Shown here: positions 28,004-40,818 of the stretch, in pieces | How positions within the stretch are numbered: position 1 is the stretch's first letter | Layout of the letters: each line of letters opens with the position of its first letter | From: Botryllus schlosseri | Taxonomy: Eukaryota | Assembly: GCA_051294905.1 (NCBI GenBank) | Contig: CM119378.1 | Location: 1,800,001 to 1,864,000, forward strand | DNA length: 64,000 nucleotides | Reading direction: 5' to 3' | Program-made: the position numbers and the translations under genes | The notes under the pieces: model-generated | Told to the model about the DNA's origin: nothing | What the model saw: the letters and a program-made list of their open reading frames with translations, nothing else | The model's database searches: none

Positions 28004-29269
28004 CAGGTATCGGAAACTTCCTTCGTCAAAAGAGCCATATCGGCTATTATATTTTCCATTGCCATTCATAAAGAGCCATGCAATGATGTCTATTAAGTGT
28101 TATGTCACAATTGAGTATTCTAACGTAATGGTGGCATGAAATTATAGTTCAGTACGTGGTATTCGTCGTAAGCGCTACATCTTTTGTGTAAAAAATGATA
28201 TGATGTTATAACAGATTCCATATTTGCCCTGTTGCAGAAAAACTACTATATTGGACTGATAAATCAGCAATTCCTAGCGGACGATATATTACGAAAATGT
28301 TAGGATTTTGAAAAAGGGGGTTTCCGAGCCTAAATTCCCAGGATACAACACTGTTTCGCCACGAAATGAGTTGTTTCAAATACCACAAGAAGATTGATTC
28401 TGGCCGCTTTGAAAATGTATTGACAATTCCCAGCATCATTGATAAATGAGATGATAATTAAGTGCCGAACTAAAAATTGATCGGAGAGTCATATCCCATA
28501 ATGAAAAGAGCCATATATGGCTCGCGTGTCATAGGTTAGGGTTGTCATACGTCCGGAATTTCCCGGACATGTCCGGAATTTCCAAAATATGCCTAAATGT
28601 CCGGAATTTTGAAGGCTTGACGTAGGCTCATAATTTTGTTCGTTAATCAACATAATAACATTATTTCTGGGAATATTTAATCTACATGATATTTTTCGCG
28701 ATCGCGATTTACTATCACATTTATTGATTTTAATATGGGTACTACCACCCTCACAAAAACTGCAATAAAATATACATAAAAATAACCTTCATCTATACTG
28801 AAATAAGCCTTATCGTAATCGCGATTATAGGAAGACAATATATTCCTAGAGATTGTTAAGGCCGTTTAAATGCTTTATTCAAAGATAGTGGTTCCAAACG
28901 GGGTGATCGTTTGCCTTTATTCTGGGGTTCGCGAAGATGTAGCTAGTGTGACGTCATATTGACAGACAATGTGCTCGTAACTCATTTTGAAATCCACCCG
29001 TGGGCGCTAAAGAGTGTCCTGAATTTGGGTTATAGAAAGTGGGTACCCCTTACACTATTTCTAAGGTTCTCGACCAATGTTCCCTCTAAGTTGCGCAATT
29101 GTTCAGTGCTGACACGGTCTCGGCGCACAGAAATCCAAGCTGCGCACAGAAAATCCTATGTGATGACCTTTTTTTAGTCGTTACGCACTGCTGTCCAAAG
29201 GACCGCGCAGTGAGTTGGTGAGTGCGCGGACGCGTCAGAAATTAGAGGGATCAGTGTTCCCGACCCCTG
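28004..29269. mobile_element. hAT(Charlie)-like element with two nested MITEs (28537-29050, ~29075-29257)
   Basis: CAGGTATCGGAAAC...TTCCCGACCCCTG ends; TSD CTATAGAC/CTACAGAC. Confidence 0.7.
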
Positions 29270-29350
29270 CTACAGACCTACTGGATAAGGTCAATACGTT
29301 AATTGTGCAAAATTACTTGAAAGTATAAGATTCTAACAACGACAATCATC

Positions 29351-30025
29351 ATGGGTGAGTCTACATTTTATACGTCAATATTGATGATAGTAAACCTGTC
29401 AATTATTCGACTTTGTTAACCGCAGGGCAGGGCCAAAGTAGACCCATGACACACGTTGCTAATGGTTACCACGAAGATATCCTGGCATGCGTAAAGGCTA
29501 ATAGGATTGAGGTATACGAGAAAGAAAAGGCACGCACAGCGAGGTTTGGCGGGAGTGGTCTTCCAGCTTCAGCGGGAGCAGCGCTCTATACTCGTAAGTA
29601 TCTACAATTTCGCAATCATCAACATACAATCCATCCCGATTTTACGAGACGTTAGCATTTAAATCTTAATTCCACAATTTCTGTGATCAGATCATAAGAG
29701 AGAGTATGTGACGCATGATCCTGGATTTTCGACCATAAAGCCTGGTTGCTATCTCGGATTTGCTGAGTCAGGTGCTGATGGAAAGGTCTTCGTAACAATA
29801 AAGATTGGGTCATGCATTCCAAATGCTAACTTTCAAGTTTACAACGGCTGCAATGTACTCGTGGATAAGGAGGGATCTCTACGAAACGTCAAGGATGAAG
29901 AGATATGGACTGACATTTCAGGAGAAACACACCTCGCGGAGACTTTTACAAGTAAGAAGCATCATCATCATTGGTTTATTAGCAATTTTATCAGTTCAAT
30001 AGACCACAAAAATGTGATACAATGA
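29351..30025 (+). CDS. Small uncharacterised protein (~150-170 aa) with N-terminal MGQGQS myristoylation-like motif; C-terminus uncertain
   Basis: ATGG|gtgagt at 29351-29354; exon 29426-29593; exon from 29691 (HKREYVTHDPGFSTIKPGCYLGFAESGADGKVFVTIKIGSC...EIWTDISGETH). Both introns are phase 1 with canonical sites. The frame either reads into an inserted LINE tail and stops at 30025, or splices at 29951|gtaaga. Confidence 0.7.
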
Positions 30026-30386
30026 AAAGACAGGAAGGTGTCGAAGCGACAAGGAGTAGTCTATGGAATCGGACACCCACCTTGGCCTAGGCGATGTAAA
30101 GAGGAGGCATGCACACTGAATGAAAGTAAGGAAGATAGTATAGAAGAAGAATGCGACAAGAAATAGGGCGGCATGTCATGGGAAGCGAGATCGATAGGTC
30201 AGTCGTGGTCCGGTAATCTTGAGGATGGACTGTATTTATTTAGTAGTAATTGCTTGTATTTCGACTTGAATGTGGACATGCTCGTCGACTGTCGGATGGC
30301 CGGCGGGATACTGTTCCACACATCAGGTCCGGCATATTTGATGGAGCGATGATCTTTTCGGTCGATCATATGATATTTGGACGACG
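29960..30386 (-). mobile_element. L2/CR1-type LINE 3' fragment inserted at the end of the 29351 gene
   Basis: Reverse complement is almost identical to the 9845-10400 copy; ORF 30199-30411. Confidence 0.85.
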
Positions 30387-30581
30387 CATTGATGCTATAT
30401 CCTGAATTCATATAGAATAATACCGTGATTCGCTAATGCTACAGTGTCAACTGTTTTTTATTGTAGTGGAAGTATGTTCAGCTGTCGTTATGACCGGCTT
30501 ATAGCATGGGGTAAGGATACCGTTATGCAGTTGGTAAATCATTCTTAATGTTCCGTATTATGCATGCACCCCTCTATCGGC

Positions 30582-32638
30582 CAGAGGTGGTCCGTGACAA
30601 AGTACTACTGTTTTTACGAAATACTCAAGTAGTTTTCCTCTACTTGCAGTACTTTCTCAAGTCAATATAATTTTCCGCTACTTCTACTTCGTAATATGTT
30701 GTGATTCACCGACTGACTTTTCGCTGTTTATAGCTCGTTAAGTAGAAATATTATATTGTTCCAATGACAAGGAGAGAGAAAGACAGAAAGAGAGAGAGAG
30801 AGACACCGAGAAATATATAGAGGTATTTTCACGGAGCACCAAAAATAATTTAATTTACAACAAAGTTGAATAATGTCAGGAATTTCCTCCCTGCTTCGTT
30901 CGAAATAGATATAGAGGGAAAATGTGTTTTCACAAAAGTATTGATCAATATAATGCACATCATGCACCTATGGTATGCATATGCACATATCATGAGTCGG
31001 TGTATGCGCCACAAAAACTTCAAGGACAAAAATAGACTACTTCCTATCGTATATAATTGAGGTAGCTGGCTGCGCGGAACCATCATATCGTAATCTAGCA
31101 TCGCAACTATTGTAACGTAATCTAGCAGCCCATGTTGGAAGTCGCTCGAGTCACCTTTTCCGTATGACTTGACTTGACTTGACTTGGCGTTTCAAAATTG
31201 TGGATTGGCTCGTGACACGGAGCAAAATTTGCGAGTCAGTTTCAAGTCATCAAGCAATTGGTGTCGATAAAAATCACTGTATCTTTCGTATGTTCGGATT
31301 GTTCTCAATACGCTGGTGTGACATGTGAGAGCGACCAATGTCATTCATTCAATGATTTTGCGTTTTACAGAACCTTCATTGTTCTATCACGGGGCCGGCC
31401 AACCCGTGGCCCGCGAGAAGGTCTTGAGTTGCCCGCGAGGTAGTTTCCGAAATGAGTAATATTATCAAAAATGGATTGCACAGATTGTGAACTTGCAAGG
31501 CCAACCAAAAATTTGATTAGTCTGGCCGCAACACTGGAGATGTGATGACTAAAATATCAGCTCCGACGCATTGGCAGATCCATTAGCCAGTCACATTTTG
31601 GTAGATATTCGTACACTACAATAAAGCAAAATAATTTGCGGTAGATTTATCAAGAGTAAAAATTTTCTACACGCTTCGCGCAACATGTTGTCACTCGATT
31701 TCTTGCTTTTAATATTGTTACCCCTTTGTGAAAATGAAAGAACGTCTAATGTATCAGATTGAGTCTAACTATATTCTCGATTACGAGACAAAGTGTCGTT
31801 CAATGTATGCGACCTTGCGTTTGCGCTCGCAGAAAGATCGTCGACTATGAAAACTAGGCACAAAATGATTGACGCATGTTGGTCGAAGCTTTCGACATCG
31901 ATGTGTCCAGGCACCGAATAGTCCAGCCCTTGCAAACTGAGCCCAGCCTATGAACTTAGAAAAATTTTTGCGCTTGGCGCGGCTGGTGGCTCGCGCAATA
32001 GTTCGTCAATCGAATGTGGCCCTTTGACGGAAAAGGTTGGCCACCCCAGTTCTATAACAAATAAATTGACCGCAAACGAAGTGATGGAGCTTACAGCTTA
32101 CAGTTCTTTCAATTAATTTGTGTTTTGTTTGGAGCACATGTACGTTGAAGGATGAAACTAATTGAAGTATTGTCCCCATTTTTGCGGAAGTAAAATTGAA
32201 CGTAAATGGCATTTTCCCGATTTACCATTTCTAATTAGAGTACTGATCACCCAAAGCGTTAGTGCGGTATTCGATACCTTTTCGCCCACACGTGTCGTGT
32301 GATACGAGCAAAATTATGGTTTGCGTCACATGTTGCGGTCGAATTCTTTTGCTTTGGAAAATTGATACATCGTGGGATATAACACCACGAACGCCATTCT
32401 CTGCATCAATCGCGTAGCTCAGTTTCCAGTTTTTGACAGTCTACGATAGTGTATTTATCCCTGGCTCTTAACGAGTATTTACTTACTTGAGTAGATGTAA
32501 AGCCAATTCTACTTCCACTTGAAATAATTTTACGTTGCCTGCAGAAGCACTACTTGTGCTCGTACTTGAGCAGATTTTTGCCTCGCTACTTCTACTACTA
32601 CTTGAGTTGGTAACTTGACTACTTTTATCATCTCTATG
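30582..32638. mobile_element. Degenerate CAGAGGTGGTC (TACT-rich) element with nested MITEs (~31130-31380, ~31389-32049)
   Basis: Ends homologous to 2948-4220; flanks CTATCGGC/CTATCGGA. Nested segment 31730-32050 is the reverse complement of ~24630-24985. Confidence 0.6.
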
Positions 32639-32894
32639 CTATCGGAGAAGGAATGGGGGTGGTATTTTATTTTATGTGGCCTTTCCTACGAGTTTTGACT
32701 GATTCTGTGCTGACTCAGGCTTGGCTTAAGGAAAAATAACGGACAATGGTCAATAGGGTTAAAAATAACTTTTTTTGGATTTCCGGAATTCACTGATTAA
32801 ATTTTCAGGTTGCCTAGAAAAAGAAGCTGCGCGGGGTATTTACGGTGTCAAATCTCGTCAATGTATGCATGTGACATGTTAATCATTTGCAGAT

Positions 32895-34163
32895 ATGAAG
32901 CTCATTTCATCGGCCGAAGGACTGCAGAAAAATCAGGACGCTGTTGAAGCCGGTCCGCGGACATCAGGTTAGCTGGCGATTCTGTTTTGACGCATTCTCC
33001 AAGCCATTCCGTTCAGAACGACAGACTGCGGAAGACTCTCGCTTGACAGAAGTCTTGCAGCGATATCGAAACAAAGGACAAGTGAAAACGTGAATGGTTT
33101 GAGTTTCGTCATACAGTTTGAAATCAAATCGTTGAACCCAAATGCATTCGCAGATATTTCGGGACTAAAGGCGAAGGTGCAGGGCAGATGGATCATCCAT
33201 GTGGCATTTCCTCAACGACCTCTGGCGATATTGTGGTCGCAGATAACAGGAACCACCGCATTCAGGTTCGCTGGTTCTGTTTCAACAACTCTTGCGGTGG
33301 CTTATAGATAACTAACCTACGTAGGTTAGTTATCTATAGGTGGCTCCAACATTCGTACTTCAAGATCTTCGACGTGAACGGACGAGTGAAGGGAGTCATC
33401 GGAAGCGAAGGAAAAGCAAAAGGTCAATTCTCCTGTGTGACTGACGTTTGTGTAACGTCACAGGGAAGGATTGTTGCCACGGACATGTGGAATAACCGAA
33501 TCCAAATATTCGACGAACAGAGAAAGTTCGTTCGGATGTTCGGTAGCAAAGGATCAGGTAACGTGAGCTTGCCGTCACAGTGGTCGATGATAGTGACGTC
33601 GAACTCGTTCCAGGAGATGGAGAGATGATGTTCCCTGGCGTAGTAGCAACGGAAGACAAGGGGATGATTTACGTTTATGACAATCGCCGAGTTCAAGTTT
33701 TCTCTGAGGACGGAAAGTTTGTTCGGAAGTTCGGTTTGGAAAATCAACCGCTTAATCTCTCCGTGACTCCAAACGGCAGAGTAGGCCAGCTGCTAATTCT
33801 GTTTGAACTCTCGTAACCTTTCACCTTTCCCAGTTGGTCATCAGTGACTTCAGAAATCACAGAGTTCAAGTTTTCGACTCGTACGACGGCCGCCATCTCT
33901 TCCAGTTTGGAACGAAAGGAACGAACGAGTCTGAGTTCAATTGTCCGGCAGGTGTCGCCACAGATCAACACGGCAACATCATCGTCTGCGACGAAGGCAA
34001 CCACCGGGTTCAGGTTTTCACGAGCGACGGAGAGTTCGTGGCTTGCTTTGGTAGCGAGGGTTCTGATCCGGGACAGATGAAGGTGCCGAAAGGAGTTTGC
34101 TTTATGTCAGACGGAGGAATCGCGGTCTGTGAGTTTGGCAACCACAGAGTACAAATCTTTTGA
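32895..34163 (+). CDS. NHL-repeat (six-bladed beta-propeller) protein, TRIM2/3/71-type NHL repeats with no RING/B-box seen
   Basis: Exons 32895-32967, 33017-33089, 33154-33265, 33365-33557, 33614-33780, 33834-34163, with 49-99 nt GT-AG introns in consistent phase. Repeated motifs FGxxGxxxGQ/EFxxPxGV and IxVxDxxNHRV/IQV/IF. In-frame upstream exons 30474-30510 and 32809-32835 are possible. Confidence 0.88.
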
Positions 34164-34478
34164 TCGACCAAATTTCGGTATTCGAACGGGATATGTTTAT
34201 TTTCATGTATTGTTTACGTATGCGCGGTATGCGGAAAACTTAGTCCAGGTTGCTGCTAATACGCGATAACGCTCTTATGCTCTTCCTGGTTGTGTATTTC
34301 CCAAAGCGCTGGAACAGTGGCATTGCGACGAAACTGTATTAGTTCAAAGTGCGAGACGCATATCACGGGCTAATACGCAATGCGGTTGCTCTGGCACCCT
34401 CTGGTATAATCTCAAGAAAAATGAATATTTCCTCACCCGCGTGATACATCTCGTGATATCATCTTACTGTATAAATTC

Positions 34479-34895
34479 TAGGGTTACCATATTTTGGAAA
34501 TCTAAAAAGAGGACACTTTTTCTGAATTTACAGACTTGAAGATCCGGTAGAGAATTCTGAAAAAATATTAAATTTTTCCAACATGGACGGTTGACTAAGG
34601 GAAAAAAAGGTCAACTTGCTCGCTCAGCGCCCAAAATACAGTTTTCCCTCCACATTGTCGAGTGGTTGACTGAAAAAGGAAAACTTTCCGCTCAGCTCCC
34701 CAAATACCCACCGGAGCCTCACTTCGGTGCTGATTTACGGTATCTCAGTCGAATTTGGCTATAAATATGACCAGAATTCTCAAAAAAAGAGGACAAAATC
34801 TCAAAAAATAGGAAAAAAGGGCGTCCTCCGAGGACACTTTCGAAAAGTCAAAAAAGATGACAAATCCTCTTAAAAGAGGACGTATGGTAACCCTA
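34479..34895. mobile_element. MITE, TAGGGTTACCATA family
   Basis: TIRs; TSD ATAAATTC/ATAAATAC. Confidence 0.85.
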
Positions 34896-36115
34896 ATAAA
34901 TACTTAATTCCGGACACTCAAGTGTAATCGCTACCCCGTACGTTGAAATATACTTCCCATTTAACGAGTAATAGCTGTGGACTGACGTGGCAAATTTACA
35001 AAGTACGAGACATGATTCAAGTTAATGCCTTTTGCAAGATGATTGAAGTACAGAATGCACCCTACGAATGTCTGTCGCAATTACAATACCCATCTTTGAA
35101 GGTGGTTTTCGGTTATTTCCAGAAACCTGACTAGATGAGAGTATAGCTTTCGAGCAGAGGTGGTCAAAGTTGTCAAGAAAGCTACTCGGGCACAAGAAGA
35201 AGTAGCGATACAAAAATCAACTTGAGTACTATAGTAGAAGCAAGGGTTTTTAAAGCGACTTCAAGTAGACGTAGAATTGGCTGACTTTGAATCTACTCAA
35301 GTAAGTATGTTGGTTAAGAAGCAGTTATCTGTACTCTCTTGTGGACTGTCAACAGTTGAAAACTAAACTATGCAGACAGTGCAGAGAGCATATGACAAAG
35401 TAAATACATCATCTGGTTTCGTAAAATTGATGTAAATATAACCAAAGGCTGCTTCCCACTTGACAAAATTAAAAATATTTGTAGTGTAGCTTAGCTTCTT
35501 GGGTCGAACAAATGATTAAGAAAGACTGTCTGTCCTAATCCTTGAATACTTGAGTAAGTGCATGTAGATTAGACATAGGCTATGCTATTTCACTACTTCC
35601 TAAATTTCGTTTCTGACCAATGTTTAATAGCAGTGTGAGAGTGTGTGTGTTTGTAAATAGTATAGTGTATTGTGTAATGAGAAAATTAGTAAATTACATC
35701 TCTAGTTGCTGACTCATACACAAGAGCTACACTTCCATTATTTTATCTACATATTAATCATACGTGATTGCATATATGTAATGTTTGAATGATTCATACA
35801 TAGTAGGATATTAGAGAGTCCATGTTATAAAAACCTGTAAAATATGAAAAAATCAAGGATATTTAGAAAGGCATTCTTTCATGTTAATTGTATAGTGAAT
35901 AATTCGAGCCGTGCGATAATGAAACAATTTTGCATGTCATCGTTAATCATATGTTTGCATATGTTTATTGGTTATATGATAGTTTTTTAAACGTCACTGT
36001 GGCATAGAGTTTTCGAATTAAATTGGTAAAACTGTTGGAGTCGAAGTTGGAGTAGGAGATCTCCTAAAAAAAATAGTATTCGGAGCCGGAGTCGGTATGT
36101 TTGTAGACTCAGGAG

Positions 36116-38122
36116 CAGACATGGGGTGATTACTTCATGAATGTAATCGATTGCGATTACGATTACTTCTCAATCACGCGATTACGATTACGATTACGAT
36201 TACAGCAAAATCAGCGAGTAGTCGATTACGATTACGATTACATTTGCAAAGTAATCACGATTACTCACGATTACATTTAGTTTGCTTCTTGAAACTACTC
36301 TTAGAAGCTATATTGAAAGTCAATATATGGATTGTGATGAAAAGGCCTAATGAGATAACAACTTTCTTTATAAATGATGCGTCATTTGCTTGTTGTGTCA
36401 TAATTTACCCATTGCCCAACTTTATAGAGGACGATTTATCGCACCCACCGATTTGCATTCTTGCCATGTCCGTAACTGCCGCACCCCAAACTCCCCAATA
36501 GGTTGCGGGGCTAGCTCGTAGGGGACTCAAAAGTATTTCGTAAATCAACATAAATTACTATTTTTGAGAGATTTAATTAACTTGAAAATTTTCTTCGAGC
36601 CTCGTGATTTAATGTATCTATATAACTTGATTTTCAAATGCATAAGGGCCTACGTCCTCCCATAAAAAAGACAGGCCCAATACACAGACATAGACATTTC
36701 GCATTTCGGTGCCGGTCATTGCCGCGCCACGACACACCAAAATACAGAAGCAGGCTCAGTCAACATGCGACTCCACGAAGTGTGCAACCATAAAAAGACC
36801 TAGGCCGAAACTTCGAGTAAGTGTTCATTGTAAATAGCCGCGATGGACGGGCGTGACGAATAGTCCTGCCAGACCAATCTGAACCCCACATTACAAATGC
36901 CACCGGCGGCACCCACCGAGGAATGAAGGCATGATGATTTGTGTGTGAGTTTCACGAAAGTTTTAGTATGCTACATTTTGGCGACTACATTTTTTGATAT
37001 TATATAACAGACGGAGGTCACGAATTAACATACCATAAAAAAGTAAGTATAGCAACATATCAGATGTCATAAATAATTGAGAATTACGTGCTCCCAGCTG
37101 TACCGGTAAACCTGAACATCGGGGGCTGGTAGAGGATTAAAAATGAATAGTAACGGGGCCTACGATACGTGAATATCGTAGGCCCCTATAGTAATATATT
37201 GTAATCACCAATATTAGTGATGGAATTCAGTCATCAACCTGAAAATTGACCACCAACGTTTGAAGTGTGAGATAAATAGCTGAAGTTTTGGTCCTGAGTC
37301 TAGCTACAATCCACGCTAACGTGATATATAAGTGGATGGCTATGGTGGTAGGTCCAAATGTCAAGTAAGGGATCGCGATAAAACGATTGGGGCCCGTAGA
37401 GTCATATGAGAAAAAGATAAAGTAAACATAAAATTCTGCCTTCCACTTAACACAGATGCTGCCATTACGAGAAAAGGCAATGAACGGCTCGGTTATGATA
37501 TAGCAGCTGTTAGTTTTTCTAATGCTTCATTGTGAAAATCGTAATGTTTCATTTGACGAATACAAAAATTTTCATCTTTGTCCGGTGTACGTACGTACAG
37601 GCCTACTGCTGCTCGCCAAGCAACAACGGTCAAACTACGTTTAACTATAAGCATAACCAAACATATAAGTTACTATTGGAAATGAGACTGAGTGGTGATG
37701 ATTTTCCTGCTACGAGAAGTGGCGTCTGCATGGCGGGTTTTCTTACAATCACGCTACTACGTACGTGTACAATACAATTGTACATCGAATATCTATGTGT
37801 GGATGCTTGTTACGCAATGACGAGCAACGCTAGTACTTCTGACGTAATAATGAGCAGTGGCGTTTGAAAATCAAATCAATAAACCAGGGATAACATCTCT
37901 TCCTTGCTAACTAATGTCCAGTTTATATCATATAGTCCTTGTATACAAATAAAAAGTAATCGTTCTTTCACAAAGAAATCGATTAGATATGTGAAGTAGT
38001 CGATTACGATTACGATTACTTCGGATTTTTTTCGAATGTAATCGATTGCGATTACGATTACTTGAAAATGCTGTAATCGTCGTAATCGATTACGATTACT
38101 AATCGCGATTACCCCATGTCTG
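36116..38122 (+). mobile_element. 2007-bp hAT-like non-autonomous element, copy 1, with (GATTAC)n subterminal repeats
   Basis: TIR CAGACATGGGG...CCCCATGTCTG with perfect TSD CTCAGGAG. Inserted into a GGAGTC-repeat MITE (~36030-38204). Confidence 0.95.
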
Positions 38123-38811
38123 CTCAGGAGTCGGAGTTGGTATATTGAAAGTGTCTGGAGTCGGAGTTGATGTCTGTGGTAAAATTTACCGACTCCACAA
38201 CCCTGCTTGCTGTATTGCAAATTCCTGACCCGAATCGAAATTGGGATGAGCTTATCAACGAAAAAGACAAATTCCTGTTTTGCAATGTATTGCCAAGTCC
38301 AGAACCGTGATCCGAGGTTATTCACAGTGATGATGTCGAAGTCACCATAGCGAGAAAAACTAATAGCTACTCCTAAGGTAGTGCGCAGCGGATCGACAAA
38401 TTCTCTGGTCCGACTCCGATCCTTTTTTTCAATTCTCTGGTCCGACTCCGCTTCGGCCGTATCAGGAAAAGCAATTTTGTATTTTTCAAAGAGGCATTCG
38501 TTTAAATCATTGTTTAAAACATGTTTGAAAGAAATTGTTTTAGAACACCGTTTGTTTTAAATGCAACCCTATATAGTCGTATGCATCGCAGGCAGTCAGA
38601 TCAAGGGCTAACGCAGGACCGGTCCGCCCAACTGCCGCGAGTTAAGTGTTCGGAAGTCACTATACATCAATAATCATCTTGCTTTGACACACTATCGCAG
38701 GCTGTAGGACATTCGGACCTTTTGCCGCAGTACCCTACTATCTGTGCATTGGGAAACATATGCTTTCTCTGGCCCAGCTCCATGCGGAAATTGAACATTC
38801 CGTACTATGAT

Positions 38812-40818
38812 CAGACATGGGGTAATCGCGATTAGTAATCGTAATCGATTACGACGATTACAGCATTTTCAAGTAATCGTAATCGCAATCGATTACATTC
38901 GAAAAAAATCCGAAGTAATCGTAATCGTAATCGACTACTTCACATATCTAATCGATTTCTTTGTGAAAGAACGATTACTTTTTATTTGTATACAAGGACT
39001 ATATGATATAAACTGGACATTAGTTAGCAAGGAAGAGATGTTATCCCTGGTTTATTGATTTGATTTTCAAACGCCACTGCTCATTATTACGTCAGAAGTA
39101 CTAGCGTTGCTCGTCATTGCGTAACAAGCATCCACACATAGATATTCGATGTACAATTGTATTGTACACGTACGTAGTAGCGTGATTGTAAGAAAACCCG
39201 CCATGCAGACGCCACTTCTCGTAGCAGGAAAATCATCACCACTCAGTCTCATTTCCAATAGTAACTTATATGTTTGGTTATGCTTATAGTTAAACGTAGT
39301 TTGACCGTTGTTGCTTGGCGAGCAGCAGTAGGCCTGTACGTACGTACACCGGACAAAGATGAAAATTTTTGTATTCGTCAAATGAAACATTACGATTTTC
39401 ACAATGAAGCATTAGAAAAACTAACAGCTGCTATATCATAACCGAGCCGTTCATTGCCTTTTCTCGTAATGGCAGCATCTGTGTTAAGTGGAAGGCAGAA
39501 TTTTATGTTTACTTTATCTTTTTCTCATATGACTCTACGGGCCCCAATCGTTTTATCGCGATCCCTTACTTGACATTTGGACCTACCACCATAGCCATCC
39601 ACTTATATATCACGTTAGCGTGGATTGTAGCTAGATTCAGGACCAAAACTTCAGCTATTTATCTCACACTTCAAACGTTGGTGGTCAATTTTCAGGTTGA
39701 TGACTGAATTCCATCACTAATATTGGTGATTACAATATATTACTATAGGGGCCTACGATATTCACGTATCGTAGGCCCCGTTACTATTCATTTTTAATCC
39801 TCTACCAGCCCCCGATGTTCAGGTTTACCGGTACAGCTGGGAGCACGTAATTCTCAATTATTTATGACATCTGATATGTTGCTATACTTATTTTTTTATG
39901 GTATGTTAATTCGTGACCTCCGTCTGTTATATAATATCAAAAAATGTAGTCGCCAAAATGTAGCATACTAAAACTTTCGTGAAACTCACACACAAATCAT
40001 CATGCCTTCATTCCTCGGTGGGTGCCGCCGGTGGCATTTGTAATGTGGGGCTCAGATTGGTCTGGCAGGACTATTCGTCACGCCCGTCCATCGCGGCTAT
40101 TTACAATGAACACTTACTCGAAGTTTCGGCCTAGGTCTTTTTATGGTTGCACACTTCGTGGAGTCGCATGTTGACTGAGCCTGCTTCTGTATTTTGGTGT
40201 GTCGTGGCGCGGCAATGACCGGCACCGAAATGCGAAATGTCTATGTCTGTGTATTGGGCCTGTCTTTTTTATGGGAGGACGTAGGCCCTTATGCATTTGA
40301 AAATCAAGTTATATAGATACATTAAATCACGAGGCTCGAAGAAAATTTTCAAGTTAATTAAATCTCTCAAAAATAGTAATTTATGTTGATTTACGAAATA
40401 CTTTTGAGTCCCCTACGAGCTAGCCCCGCAACCTATTGGGGAGTTTGGGGTGCGGCAGTTACGGACATGGCAAGAATGCAAATCGGTGGGTGCGATAAAT
40501 CGTCCTCTATAAAGTTGGGCAATGGGTAAATTATGACACAACAAGCAAATGACGCATCATTTATAAAGAAAGTTGTTATCTCATTAGGCCTTTTCATCAC
40601 AATCCATATATTGACTTTCAATATAGCTTCTAAGAGTAGTTTCAAGAAGCAAACTAAATGTAATCGTGAGTAATCGTGATTACTTTGCAAATGTAATCGT
40701 AATCGTAATCGACTACTCGCTGATTTTGCTGTAATCGTAATCGTAATCGTAATCGCGTGATTGAGAAGTAATCGTAATCGCAATCGATTACATTCCTGAA
40801 GTAATCACCCCATGTCTG
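38812..40818 (-). mobile_element. 2007-bp hAT-like non-autonomous element, copy 2 (inverted)
   Basis: Reverse complement of 36116-38122; own perfect TSD ACTATGAT. Confidence 0.95.
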
